Shown: piece after piece, positions 14,238-26,290 of the stretch
Position numbering within the stretch: the stretch's first letter is position 1
How the letters are laid out: every line of letters begins with the position of its first letter
Assembly (NCBI GenBank): GCA_965645245.1
Contig: OZ287071.1
Coordinates: 930,001-994,000, forward strand
DNA length: 64,000 nucleotides
Direction of reading: 5' to 3'
Source: Massalongia carnosa
Lineage: Eukaryota
The notes under the pieces: model-generated
The model's database searches: none
What the model was told of the DNA's origin: nothing
The model's input: the letters and a program-made list of their open reading frames with translations, nothing else
Program-made: the position numbers and the translations under genes

Positions 14238-14644
14238 CTACTTATCTGCAATGGGGAAGTCCTTGCCGGTTGTGCTCTTGTACTTCCCACGAATAAAGTC
14301 GGAGATCTGCTCGTCCTTTGCCTGCTCGATGGCCGACTCGTTGCTTTGGTTCCCACGTCCCATCGCTTGCTGGGCATAGTCCACTCCTATTTATAGGAGC
14401 AAAGCGCTTGTCAGTCACGTTATTTCAAAGAGCAGAATGGAAGAAAGACACTTAACGGACCTTTATCAAGGAAGTCCTCGTTCTTCTCACTCTCTGGACC
14501 TCCTCCGGCAGCCGCATTGAGCTTGTTACCAATACCACCAAGGAATCCTCCACCACCTTCTGCTTTCTCAGTGGGTTGGCCTTGCGGGCCGCCCTCGACC
14601 TGCTTCTGTTCGCCCGTACCGGCAGCTTTTCTTAGGTAATCCAT
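14238..14644 (-). CDS. Small conserved hydrophilic fungal protein (two exons)
   Basis: MDYLRKAAG...GFLGGIGNKLNAAAGGGPESEKNEDFLDKG, one intron, then VDYAQQAMGRGNQSNESAIEQAKDEQISDFIRGKYKSTTGKDFPIADK*. Confidence 0.8.
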
Positions 14645-15339
14645 ACTGCTTTGATTCAACGTTTTGAGAAGTATGTTTTAGGTGCTTACTGTATGTGTGA
14701 AGTTATCAGGGTTGTGATCTGAGGAAAAGAGGCAAAGTACTTACTGTTTTCCAATGACGGGGGGTTTTGGAGGGTTATGAGGAGTAGGGTGAGAGCGGGG
14801 CAATCAGGTTATTTGTAGTCGAACGAGTACCTCCCTTTGTTAGACAAAAGTGAATCCGGTTTATCTGCCTAGGCTTAGGTACTTACGATGTTACTCCTAA
14901 TGGCACCCTACAGATGACGTAGGACAAGGTGTCGATGTTTCAAGAAATGACCGGCCAAGCACGAAGTCCTAAGGCCAAAGTTGCCTGAAGGTATATATGA
15001 GCAAGTGCCCAGGTACTCGTACAGTGCTCATGCAGCGGGGCAAGTTCAGGAGCCTTGGTGGGGCGATCTCTAAACTTCTTTTCGCACCTCTCGACGGATA
15101 TCCAAAGTCATCTCATCTTTGCACATCCAGCAGCTTGTCGGCCTGGTAAACTGACTTTGCATTTGAATCTGCCTACAATACTATCTGAGTTACCCTTTTG
15201 TGGTACGTAAGGTTACACGGAGTGACTATTTCCTTGATAAAAACCCGGTGCACCTGTGATGAAGCAACTACACCTTTAATCACCCCCTTCGCAATAGAAT
15301 ACCCACTAGATCCTTGAATTGACCTATTGATACTAAAAG

Positions 15340-16491
15340 ATGTCTCCTCGTCACACAATGACACCAGTTCCCATCACCATTGTGACAGGATTCTTGGGTT
15401 CCGGGAAAACGACCGTGATCCTTAATATTATTCCCCAACTGCCTAAGAGTTATAAACTTGCATTACTCAAAAACGAGTTTGGAGACGTGGCTATTGACTC
15501 TCGGCTGGCCGCCTCATCTGCAATATCTGGTGTTCAGGAACTTCTCAATGGATGCATATGTTGCAATCTGGTTGGCCAACTCGGAGACGCCCTCGACACC
15601 CTTCGCACCGATGTTGTCCCGGATCGTATCATCATCGAGACAAGCGGCAGTGCGTTCCCAGCAACCTTGGCCATGGAGGTAAATAGACTAGGCAGGGAAT
15701 CTGGTCATTATATCCTAGATGGTGTCATTGTCGTTATAGATGTTGAAAACTGGAAGGGTTACGAGGATACAAGCTATACAGCCAAACTTCAAGCTCGGTA
15801 TACGGACTTGATCGTCTTCAACAAATGGGAGAATGTTGATGAAAGGAGATATGAGGACTGCCTAGATAGAGTTGGAGATCTGGAAATTCAGGTTGCCCAT
15901 GTAAAGTCTAACAAGGGGCATGTCGATCAAGGCGTACTGCTTGGCCTAGACAGCGAGTTGGCAAAGAACCCTCGCCCTTTTTTACAGCCGCATAACCTTG
16001 GTCAGCATAACCACAGTCATGCTTCTGATCACCAGAGCGAAGTCGAAGTTCTTTCGGTTTCCCTATCGTCCGGAGGAGCATCACAGGGTGTTGATCTCGA
16101 GGTCTTGGAAAAGTTCCTAGCATCGGCACCGAAAGACGAAATCTATCGCATCAAGGCCATAATGATGGCCTCTCGTCTTCCAAAATCTTTAGACCTTGGC
16201 GCAGAAGCAGCAACAGGTCCAAGAAATGGATTGAAGACGTGGTACATCCTCAACTGGGCTTTTGGGCGCTGGACCTTTACGCTATTGGGTCCTCATTTCC
16301 GAGAAGAACTAAGTAGTGACTCCTTTACAGCAGAGAATGCTGGTAAAATAGACAATAGTATTCTAAGAATGACAATTATTCTGGCACGAGGTGAAGCTGA
16401 ACGCTGGAAAGCTCGCATTGAATCTGGAGGATTTATAGAACATGAGGGCAATGATGAAGACAGGGCGCTGCAAGTTGAGAGGATAATGTAA
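15340..16491 (+). CDS. CobW/COG0523 family P-loop GTPase metallochaperone
   Basis: VTGFLGSGKTT, LKNEFG, ELLNGCICC (CxCC), IIETSG, FNKW and a His-rich linker HNHSHASDH. Confidence 0.92.
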   Translation: MSPRHTMTPVPITIVTGFLGSGKTTVILNIIPQLPKSYKLALLKNEFGDVAIDSRLAASSAISGVQELLNGCICCNLVGQLGDALDTLRTDVVPDRIIIETSGSAFPATLAMEVNRLGRESGHYILDGVIVVIDVENWKGYEDTSYTAKLQARYTDLIVFNKWENVDERRYEDCLDRVGDLEIQVAHVKSNKGHVDQGVLLGLDSELAKNPRPFLQPHNLGQHNHSHASDHQSEVEVLSVSLSSGGASQGVDLEVLEKFLASAPKDEIYRIKAIMMASRLPKSLDLGAEAATGPRNGLKTWYILNWAFGRWTFTLLGPHFREELSSDSFTAENAGKIDNSILRMTIILARGEAERWKARIESGGFIEHEGNDEDRALQVERIM

Positions 16492-16601
16492 AGGGTAGAT
16501 ACAAATGCCAAACGCTCAACCAATAAGGAGGCTAGCAAAGTGAGACCCTACAACTAGGATCTTCCGCTGAAGGTAGGAACTGAAGAAGCAAACTGAGTCA
16601 C

Positions 16602-18200
16602 CTAATTGAAGGTAATCTTTTGTTTAGTCAAATCCCGAAAAATATCATCAAGAACCTGCCGTTTCCGCTTTCGACTTTCATTTTCTCCGCCATTAGCCTC
16701 TTGAGTTTCCTCGTTATCAGCTTCCATTTCTTCTTCGGTTTTTGGCTTCCACGCTCGAATCACGCCATCAGAGTGCGCAGAATATACCTCCACGTTCCCT
16801 GCTCTCCAGCACAGCGATGTGGTTCTTCCTTTAGTATTCCGCTGTCCTGTACTTCCTCGCGCTTGAGCAATTGTCGCCTCAGGGACACGAAGCCTCTTGA
16901 GAAGGGTACCCTCGAGCAAATCAAACATGAGAATTTCCTTCTCGTTCGGATATACCATGACATATGTGCCTAGAGGTACTACATGGCTTGGTACAAGCAT
17001 GGGTAGTAGGGTTGAAAGATGAGTATTCTTGATGATAGGCCCAAAATAGGATAGGGCGTTGGCGCCAGTTCCCGCATCCCACACCCGCACCCGTTCATCA
17101 TGACCTGCGGTGACGAGATATTTTCCATCATCGGTCCATACTATGCCATTGCATGCTCCCACGTGCGCTTTTCCCCACTCCCGAGGCCGCGCATTCTTTC
17201 CCAAGCCATCTTCGCCCCCGACACCCACAGAGTCTTCCAGGTCGAGCACACCCAGACATCCCACGCTACGGCGAATATCCCACAATCTGACCGTTCCGTC
17301 AGAGCCTCCACTTGCGAGGATGTGAGCGTCACGTGGACTCCATGCAACAGACAGCACGGCACCCTGATGACCCGGCAGCGAATGTGCACTGGCCCCCGAG
17401 CGCAAATCCACAAGCCTGACGGCTGGGTGTTGAGTCGCACAAGCAACAAGTAGGTGGTCGGCGATGGGAGAGAGCGCGTGGGAGTAGACTATGGAATTTA
17501 GGTTAAAGCTTACGGAAGAGGTCAAGGTTTCAGTCGAATATATTTTCAATTTGTGGTCGTAGGAAGAGGAAAGAAAGGCCAGAGAGTCAAAGGGGTAGAA
17601 CGAGAGATGCGTGATACCGTATTTGTGGGTCGAGGCGGAGGAAGACCTTCCGACGTAGTCATTATCAGCTGCGTGCCCTTGTTGGGGAACAATAGGCTAA
17701 GGAAAAAGGAGTTACTTCCGAAGCACACCGATTGGGCAGTAGGTGAATTGCTTCTGCGGGTTCTCCACGCTTTCCAGGTCCCACTGGAGAATCGACGATT
17801 CCGCGCCTCCAGAGAGCATACTTTCCAAATGAGTTAATCAAAATGCTTCCTCACCTTCCCAGTGAAACCCATTTGGCAAGGAAAAAGAAGCTCACTATCG
17901 CCCCTCGAATCTATCAATCGTCAAGCAATTTACCCCCGCCATATGCGCCCATACACTTTCACTCGTCGAATCCGTAGTCACCTCCGAAGAAGGAGGGATA
18001 GCTCCTCCTCCTTTTCTCTGCGACTTAGTTCCATTCTGCTGATTGTGCGTCTGCACACTGTGGCCGCTGTTGCTATTGCTACCGTCAAAGCGGATTTCTG
18101 GGGCAATATGTAGCGCGTGCAAGAGGCGGGTTGTCTCGGCGCGTTGAAAAGCCTCAGGACTTGTGATTCCGAGGGCGCGAAGAAAGACGTGGGAATTCAT
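16602..18200 (-). CDS. WD40 protein, Rad28/CSA (ERCC8)-like
   Basis: WAHMAGVNCLTIDRFEGR, LPGHQGAVLSVAWSPRDAHILASGGSDGTVRLWDIRR and YPFDSLAFLSSSYDH across several exons. Confidence 0.82.
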
Positions 18201-18389
18201 TCATGAGGAAGTATGATTCTTGGGAATGGAGGTGACTTTGTTGATGGCATAGGTGTCGAGGGTGTGCAACGATAGATAATGCGGCGGAATGACATCTTAA
18301 AAGGGTTTAGCGTTGAATATTTTGCAGCATAAATCTCCTTCCAGATCACCACTAATTACTTACGCACAAGTAATATATTTTCTCTATAC

Positions 18390-19051
18390 ATGCCACCATC
18401 AACCTACCAAGTCCTTTCCTCACACCCATCCTCCCCCCCTAGTTCCTCTCCTCCCTCCCAAACCCACAGAAAACGTCAAGCCACCCTCTACGACGCCGTT
18501 GCTAGTATCCCTATCCCACCCCCCACATCCACAACCAACATTAGCCCTGACCCTTACGTGCAGGCCGTGTTTCCTCAACCGGCTTTCTACCCGCTCACTC
18601 CCAGCCCCCCAAAACCCGCGACACAGCCTCTACAACCCGCGTTGCTGTCCCTCCCGAGGAAGTTCTCTTCAGACGCCGCTCCGCGCCCGATCGCTTCGAG
18701 GAAAATGACTTCTACTGGTCCGACTGCAACCTTGCGCCGGGCATCGAGTTGCCGGACTCGGATCTTTTGAAGGCGGTGCACGCGTACGCGAGCTGCTTTT
18801 ACAGCCGACAGGGGGGCGAGGGGGATTTTAGCAGCTTGGACGAGACGGCGCTATTGGGGGTGGGTGTGCTGTTGGAGACTTGGGCTGCGAGGGTGGGGAG
18901 GAGGGAGAGAGGAGTTTTTGTGGAGGGGGTGGAGGTGGATAAGAGGAAGAGAGGGGTGGGGGTGGAGGAGGAGGAGGAGGAGGAGGAGTGGGGGGGAAGG
19001 AAAAGGAGGAAAGTTAGACACAGGAGGGAGGATGAGGTGGGGGATGGATAA
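18390..19051 (+). CDS. Rrn10-like (UAF subunit family) protein, one intron
   Basis: RKRQATLYDAVA, intron ~18504-18561, then GRVSSTGF...PEEVLFRR...LPDSDLLKAVHAYAS...SLDETALLGVGVLLE. Divergent from the WD40 gene across ~190 bp. Confidence 0.6.
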
Positions 19052-19518
19052 ATCTTTGGGTTCTTTGGTCTTATTGAGCCTCCCTGTTCACCCGTTTTGA
19101 TTCAGCCTGAACGAGCAGGCTCTTTGCGCCAAGGACGCTTACCAGAAATTAATATGGCCGTACAACCGCAACTTAAGCAGCAAACTCCCTCGAAACAGCG
19201 CCCTTCCTCGCAGCTATCTCCGAAGCGTCCCACGACGACTCGATTTTAGAAGATGCCAGTCCTGGAACTCAAGCCAGCAGATGTACCTGAGGTTCATAAT
19301 ACCTTGTTAGGGCCTCGTTTTTCGGCATTTGCGTGGTTTGGTGGGTGGTACTTGAGGTTCCGCTGCAGAGTGAGTGCGATTTTTCTTTCCTTTTCTCTCG
19401 AGAAGGTTTAGAGATCCTGATACATTATTTGTAGCCTATTCAAAGCTGGAGCCGAGAGCAATCTACTACGGTAGCTGTTTCTTCCAAGGTAAGAGTTTTA
19501 ATTCAACTATCATCCAAC

Positions 19519-20446
19519 ATGCGCTTTCTTCTTCATTACGTCGGAACCACATATTTCGTCACAATCAACGCCTCTACGCAAACTGAAAATAACCTTCAAG
19601 ACCTTAGGGTGACCCCGCCTGATTCCGCAGAGGATTCGACCACCAAAAACCTATTTATCGCCACAGGTGATTTGAAGAACGAGGGCTCCGATGATTTTGA
19701 CTTGCCTAGCCCAGTGAGCTCAGACGTATCGCTCGACATAACGATAGCCGATACTGCAATCAGGCAAAATACGTCTTGCTCAGATAAATTAGGCGCGAGA
19801 GATGAGTCAAATGACATACACATCGGTAGGTAACGCTTTCTCTCACCCCTCGAGGGCCTCGATTAACACTATATTCCACTCATCGAATATTTTTATTATA
19901 CAGCTAAAGAGGCCCCAATCTGCCCTGCTCCAGACAACAGCCTCGAAGCTCCCGAAGAATCTGACCTTGAACTGACGCCTGAAGAGCGGTTCAAACCTCC
20001 CAGTTGCCGTAAACCCCAAGAAAAACTCTACGACGGTTTTAGAAACCTCTGGAACAGTGTCAATCTTGGAGGACCTATGCTTCCGCGGGAGCCCCAATGC
20101 AAGAGCCCGAACAAGAAAGCGGCGTGCTGCAAAGGCAAACTAACTCCCTATTCATGGCCTGATCCACCCGGCGCTCTGGGTTTCGCAAAAGATTGTGATT
20201 GGTGTAAGAGAGTTTTTCTTCAAGTCCTCGCTGGCGCCTTGTTCGAACTCGGGACAGATGCGCTGACGCGGCTGCATGTAGACCCAAATTGGAAATGCCA
20301 TAATACAGCACAGTTTTACATTTACTGCTGTGGGGACATCGTGGATGAGGTGAGACTTCTATGTTGTTTCTCTTCGCAATGAATCCAACCTAGATCATGC
20401 TGAGCTGAATTTTAAACTATAGTATCGTGATGGCGCAAATATATGA
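19519..20446 (+). CDS. Putative small secreted Cys-rich protein (4 exons)
   Basis: Weak signal-like N-terminus MRFLLHYVGTTYFVTINA and an acidic linker. Manual splicing gives ...QCKSPNKKAACCKGK...KDCDW|..PNWKCHNTAQFYIYCCGDIVDE|YRDGANI*. Confidence 0.55.
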
Positions 20447-21236
20447 GCTCGAGTTTCCCCTTCCTCTTGCGGTTCATTGTAGAATCCATGGGTGGAGGCT
20501 TTCACGACGGCGAGGCGACTGACCTCTCGAATAGGCACGGGCTACTCGCATAGGTGTTTTTTGCGAATGAGTTAGATTCAAATTCCGGGAGAAGAGAGAC
20601 TTGTGACAGGCTTATTTTTACGAAATAGTCAAGAAGGTTTGATCCTAATGCGAGAAACGATATTTTTGTAGTATATTTTGCCTCTTTGTTTTTTGGAAAC
20701 CTGCAACTTGTGATCATTTTTCACACCATCAAGCCTCTACAAATTCCAATACATCTTGCCTTCCTATATAGCTTTCGGTCAACCCTTGTCATAAATTCTT
20801 CCCTTCGATCATGTTTTCTGCTACTTCGTCGAGGACTGACTTTTCAGAACGACACAGAATCAATCGATGGTTATGGATTCCCGGCATCGGTTAAGGGTCA
20901 CTTTACTCTGCTGCGGGCTGTGGACTTTTCTTTGGGATTGTGCCGTGTCATATTTAGCTTGTCGACGTGGCAGCTCGTCTCGCAAGAATCTGTAGGAGCA
21001 GCCAGTAGTCAATCATCGAACGATCAGTATATTATGCGTGTTGTAAGCCATATTTTCACTTGTCGTCAGCCTGACTAAATTACAATTACACCTAGCTCTC
21101 CTGTTGGTTGCAGACTTTCTTTGGTCTTGTAGCCTCTGTTCTCTGCTGAAGATATGGGACTTCAGAAGAATATTTGCCTAGGAAGATAGATGAGTTGACT
21201 ACTCTGGCCCTCTCTAGGTATATTATCTTCCTAAGG

Positions 21237-22637
21237 TTAGTCAAGGCGCCGCTGTAAACGGTCAAGTTGGATCGTCCTTGCCTCGATTTGCGCCATCAGA
21301 GAATCTATTTCGGCTCTAAGAACGCCGGTGCCCGTCATCAGAGAATCTATTTCAGCATTCTGAGAGTCGGGTCTCGCGCCTAAGGTTTCCATTGCCGCCT
21401 GTGCTGATTCCATCGTCGCTTGCGTGAAGTCTGTTACAATCTGTAAGCTTCCTCCGCTACGCTCCATAGCTCCAGAAAGGTCTCGATAGATTTCTTGACG
21501 CAACTCTTGCTCGTGTTGCCACAGATCAAAGGTCGCCTGCCGCTCCTGGTACCCACGGTCGAACGAATGTTCTTCATCTTCGAAGGGGTCAAGCTCACGA
21601 TTGGATGTTGTTGGGGCATTGTACCACTGCCGAAATGCTGGGAGGTCGGCTTCGCAGGAAGTTACCCATACGCCTTCGGATTGATCTCTTTCGTTACCGA
21701 AAAGCCTTCGTACGTCGAGACATACACGTTCTTCTTGGTTAGTAACGAGTTGGCTGATGGTATCTTCTCCGTTTCTATTTTGATTCTCGCCATGTCGTGG
21801 TGCTTCGAGTGTTGTTACATGTATCACCAAACCAGCATCATGGACAACCGGTGAGGCCCGGAGGGCATCGTGAACTTCTAAGACCGTATCATCAAGTTGT
21901 AAAGAACTTGCCATATATGGGAACACGTAGACTGGGCCGAACCCTTCAGTTGCAGCTAAATTTTCTTGCGTCCAACGAAAGGTCAGTATCCTTCGTTCAG
22001 AGTCTATCGATTCAATCTCCTGATGAATCTTCTCTAAAGTCTCCGCTGAGGGCTCCTGGGTTTCATTGATATCTCTTTTTATTAGAATGAAGCTGATTCT
22101 AATCAGTGGATAGACAAAGCGTGTCCCAGGAGGCACAACAAGACGGGGTGTAAACGTTGGCAGAACGTGCAAACGTGCTCTACACATCGGACAGCTGCAG
22201 TTGCCGTTACCTATCCATTGTCGGATGCATTCTCGGCCCATGATGTGGGCGCAGGGAAGCTGGATCGGGAGCTCAGGAGGACGAGGATCTGTGTCTTGAG
22301 CGTTGGAGGTTTGATATAATTCCAGGCAAATTGGACATGATGACTCGTCTGCCCGAAGTTTGGTGATCTCGACTAGGGGTAGTCGCAAAATATAATTCCT
22401 TACATCTTCTTCGTTCATGACTTCTTCTTCGCTGCTGATTTCCGTATCTCCCCATTCGCCCTCTTCGCCTTCTTCTTCTCCACCTTCTTCCTCTCTGTCT
22501 TCTAGCCCTTCGCCTTGTCTAGCTCTATTCTCGACATTGCTAGAAGTAAAGAAGAGCTCAAGACGAGGGCCAAGAGCGCTAAGAGGAGATGGTCGTCCAG
22601 TCTCGGAAAAACCTGAAGGAGGGGCATTTCCATCCAT
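21237..22637 (-). CDS. RING-finger domain protein
   Basis: CPICLELY...LPCAHIMGRECIRQWIGNGNCSCPMCR. Long uninterrupted ORF; first ATG at 22637. Confidence 0.75.
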   Translation of the reverse strand: MDGNAPPSGFSETGRPSPLSALGPRLELFFTSSNVENRARQGEGLEDREEEGGEEEGEEGEWGDTEISSEEEVMNEEDVRNYILRLPLVEITKLRADESSCPICLELYQTSNAQDTDPRPPELPIQLPCAHIMGRECIRQWIGNGNCSCPMCRARLHVLPTFTPRLVVPPGTRFVYPLIRISFILIKRDINETQEPSAETLEKIHQEIESIDSERRILTFRWTQENLAATEGFGPVYVFPYMASSLQLDDTVLEVHDALRASPVVHDAGLVIHVTTLEAPRHGENQNRNGEDTISQLVTNQEERVCLDVRRLFGNERDQSEGVWVTSCEADLPAFRQWYNAPTTSNRELDPFEDEEHSFDRGYQERQATFDLWQHEQELRQEIYRDLSGAMERSGGSLQIVTDFTQATMESAQAAMETLGARPDSQNAEIDSLMTGTGVLRAEIDSLMAQIEARTIQLDRLQRRLD

Positions 22638-23820
22638 TGAAGTTGCTGAAGGAATCTTTTGGCGAGGCAGATCGAGCTTCAAATGAGCCTAGGAAGAGGC
22701 GCTTACGTTCATTAAGGTTACTCGTTCTAATATTGATTCGAATCGGTGCGGTGAGTAAGTTGATGTATATGTAAGGGGGCAGAAGGATATGTTCAGGGCT
22801 AAGAGATTGTGGAAAAACGGAGTTTTGAAATGAAAAATGTGAACTGTCTTATGTGTTTGGTGACAACACTCGACTCTCGGTTCTGGGTAAAGAGTGAAAT
22901 AGGACAAAGAAAGACAACACAAGGCTTTGATCAAAGATATGAAAGACAGAGAATGTCGTAAGTTCTTTGTGGCCTGGTCGAGGAAGCAGAACACTTGTCC
23001 GAGTTAATTCAACAAAGTGGTGAGGCTCAGAGTGGATCACATTCACCAAGAAAACGGCAATCAAATTGTCCCAAGCGGGGGATTATCAAGAAACGAGAAT
23101 AAACGATGGAGTTGCGGTTCAAGATGGCTAGCTATATACTAACCACAATGATTGCTAGCACACTAAACAGAACAGTAGCTTATCACCAGGATTCGCTGAG
23201 TGAACACTCTAATCACCGTCCCAGTGCCCTGCGGGAGCTTAATCACTAAACTCACCTGGGAGTACAGCTCCAGCCTCTAGGTTCAATAGTATACTCAGTA
23301 AAACGAGCTGTGGCAGAGCTGTTCAGAGCTAGCTTATTTGGTTTTTATGATGAGGCCTAGCTATCTCATTTTGAGGTGGTCAGTGCCTGAGCGGTCCAGC
23401 GTCGTCGATCCTTCTGGGTTGATGTCATTTACCAGGTCAATCACTTCGAGACCTCTTGGGAGGTGAAGATAACACGTACCTGTGTCATCAATACATTTTA
23501 TATGTTGGTAGAGAAAAACGAGCGTACGAAAGTATGGTCTACCCCTAACCTAACCTAGAAGATTAGGGTTTTGGTATCACAAGATGCTGTTTCAGAATAG
23601 GAAAAGCGTAGGACCAATGCATCTCATCTACTCCTAGGAACACATTCTCATCATCCGAATAACTCGCCCGTGGGGGTCTAGATTCATTAGGAAAAGGATG
23701 TGAAGAGTAAAAAAGGAGGAAGCTGCTATCTCACGAGTCCGAGATTAAGCTTATACAATATTCAGACGAGCTCGTTCGAGCAGGCTCTCATAATTACGGC
23801 GTTACGGATAACGTGTAAAA

Positions 23821-24511
23821 ATGGTGGATCACAACTCATGTTGATGCCCAACGCACGTGCTAATCACTTCGACAGGCACCCAAGAATCTCCCTCCTTTAG
23901 CGAAACAGTCTCTCATCCTCAACTACTTGCAAAACTCCCTGACCGTGCATTCGCTCAAAGACCTTGAAAAATACCTCCCGTCGGTGGCCTCCATTAACGG
24001 CATGCAAGTCAAAGAGTATCTCCAAGCCCTCAGCGACGAAGGGAAAATCCGCGTGGAGAAAATCGGCTGCGGCAATTGGTACTGGAGCTTTCTCAGCGAA
24101 GAGAAGAAAACGCGCGACAACGTGCTTGAGCAGCTGAGGGAAGAGAAAGACAAGATCGACGCTGCAATGCAAGAACTGCGTGAGAAAGTCACGGAGGCTA
24201 ATGGCCTGCGAGAGGAAGGGGAGGAAGGTAGAGCGGAGCTGGTCACCGTACAAGCCGATTTGGTGCAAGAGGTCATCTTATTGAAGGAAGAGTTGGACCA
24301 ATACCGGGACGGCGATCCTGGGGAATTGGACAGGAAACGGGAAGAGATTCGGGCTTTCAGAGCGAAGGCGGAGCAATGGACGGACAATTTAGGAATCCTT
24401 GAGGGGTGGTTGGCAAAGGCTCTGGGCGGTGATAGGGAGAGGATGGAGGGCATTAGACGGACGTATTACGGGGATGAATATGTAGAAGGGGAAGGTTTGA
24501 AGGAGTTGTGA
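23821..24511 (+). CDS. MND1: Meiotic nuclear division protein Mnd1
   Basis: HSLKDLEKYLP, MQVKEYLQALSDEGKIRVEKIGCGNWYWSF, AEQWTDN. ATG at 23821 followed by an intron 23824-23875. Confidence 0.88.
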
Positions 24512-25853
24512 AGACATAAGGTAACATATTTTAAAGTATTTACGGATAGGAGTTAGTAAAACATAAAGCTTCTATGGAATTTAGCTGCGCAAGTTAAATT
24601 AGGTGTTGAGTCAAGCAAAACAAGACCTACGCGACTAGACATGCCATGTTAGAGTCGATTTTTGGGAGAAGGTGTAGGATGGATGACTAGTAGTTTGATG
24701 TGGGTTGAGGCATCGAGTTAGAAGGCTTTCTAATTACTTAAGAGAGCGCGAAGAGGGAACTTATTTGGGGGTAGATCCAAACATAGAAAGGGAGGTTGAC
24801 TGACAAACAAATCTGTCCGGTAAGGCACTGACATGAAGGATTATGTCATCTGGTGTTTTAATTTGTATGAATTCGACAAAGATGTGTGGAACATCTTTGG
24901 CTACGGAGTACATACTTTGCCATCAGTTTAACTAGTTAGCAAAATGAAGGAGCATAGGAGTGAGTAACTACATTGTGCGTTAAGAACTAGGCCTGGGAAA
25001 GTAGCGCTAGATATTTCAACCTAGCGATATATATCATTTAGCGCTATTTATCGCTATATATCAATCATTTTTATACACTACACCCTGTAGATGATCAAGA
25101 TTTCTTTCTGTATAATATTAATAGTATTGATGCAGCTATTCTACGTTCCTTTATTATCTTTTGTCACCTTCTTGTCATTCCTTCATTGTCGTTGATTATT
25201 TTTTACACTCGGACGCGGGCGGGCCGAGCCCAAAAAAAATCTCGGTAAGTTTTTACTTGCCTCAGTACCTCAGACCTGCCTTGCCTTCGCCACAGCTAAG
25301 CCTTTTCGGATTAGTATATAATTAGTCAGAAGCTAAGTCAATTTAGTTAAATGTTTAACTGTTTTAGGATAAGATTCTATTTAGCTTACTACGCATGCTT
25401 CGGGCGGCAGGTCTGAGTTCAAAACTCTGTAATTTTGTCAGGTTCTCGTTATTTTGGTGACAACACACGTAAGTTTAGCGCTTAAGATTTAAAATCATCG
25501 TTTTTCACGTTTAAGATAAGATCAATGACAACGCATGATAGTTGTAATATAATACGTTATTGTCGTCGCTACTTAAAGATATGCTTTATTAAGTGATCTA
25601 AAATTTAAACATCCTGCGTGCGTTGCGCAGTTATCTTCATCATCGAGCAACATCGACTCAAATTGACTCTCAAATCTCGACGACAGCACAACAACTTCGA
25701 ATTGAGTCTTGCTCTTCAATTCAACAATCGGCGCTCATATTCATCATATTGCCTTGGCGGACATGTTATCGTAGTTCTTCAGGACTTCAAACTCAAAAAT
25801 ATAGTCGTCGTCCTTGCTAGCGTGCTTTCTTGTTGTAGCGATATTACATCAAT

Positions 25854-26223
25854 ATGAGTGACGCGATACAGATATTGACTCGTGAGAAGATCGAGAGCGT
25901 TGTTGATCAGTATTTCGGATTTCGTCCAAAGAGGAAGCAGGTGGATGCGCTTCATCATCTGTTGTGTGATAGGATGGATTTGATCTTGATAGCAAAAACA
26001 GGTTTCGGAAAGAGCATACTGTTTCAAGCTGCTTCTTTGATGTTTTCGCCTTGCAAGTCAGTGTTGATAATCATGCCTTTGATTGCACTGGAAGAGGAGC
26101 AATGTGAAAAAAACCTCTTCAAACGCCTCGTCGACCTTCACCGGAGTTAACGTCTATCGCCTCAAGGGAGCTGCCCGATTCTCGCTCCGGGCGAAAAAGA
26201 AGGCGACCAGCTTACCTGGATGA
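25854..26223 (+). pseudogene. RecQ-like SF2 helicase remnant (N-terminal motifs only)
   Basis: FGFRPKRKQVDAL (Q motif), DLILIAKTGFGKSILFQ (motif I), IIMPLIALEEEQ (Ia). Breaks off near 26110, before DExH; a possible C-terminal remnant ends at TGA 26221-26223. Confidence 0.8.
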
Positions 26224-26290
26224 GTGATGGCGGACAGCAAAGCCGCGCGGCGCGGATTTGCTCCTCCGGTGAGCGATGAATAGAACGGGT

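Noticed and set aside
23542..23570. Telomere-like CCCTAACCTAACC...TTAGGG
   Set aside because: Too short and degenerate to be an interstitial telomere.
25854..26150. Host SGS1 or telomere-linked helicase gene
   Set aside because: Only a fragment, lying inside a TIR/TSD-bounded element with no telomeric array nearby.
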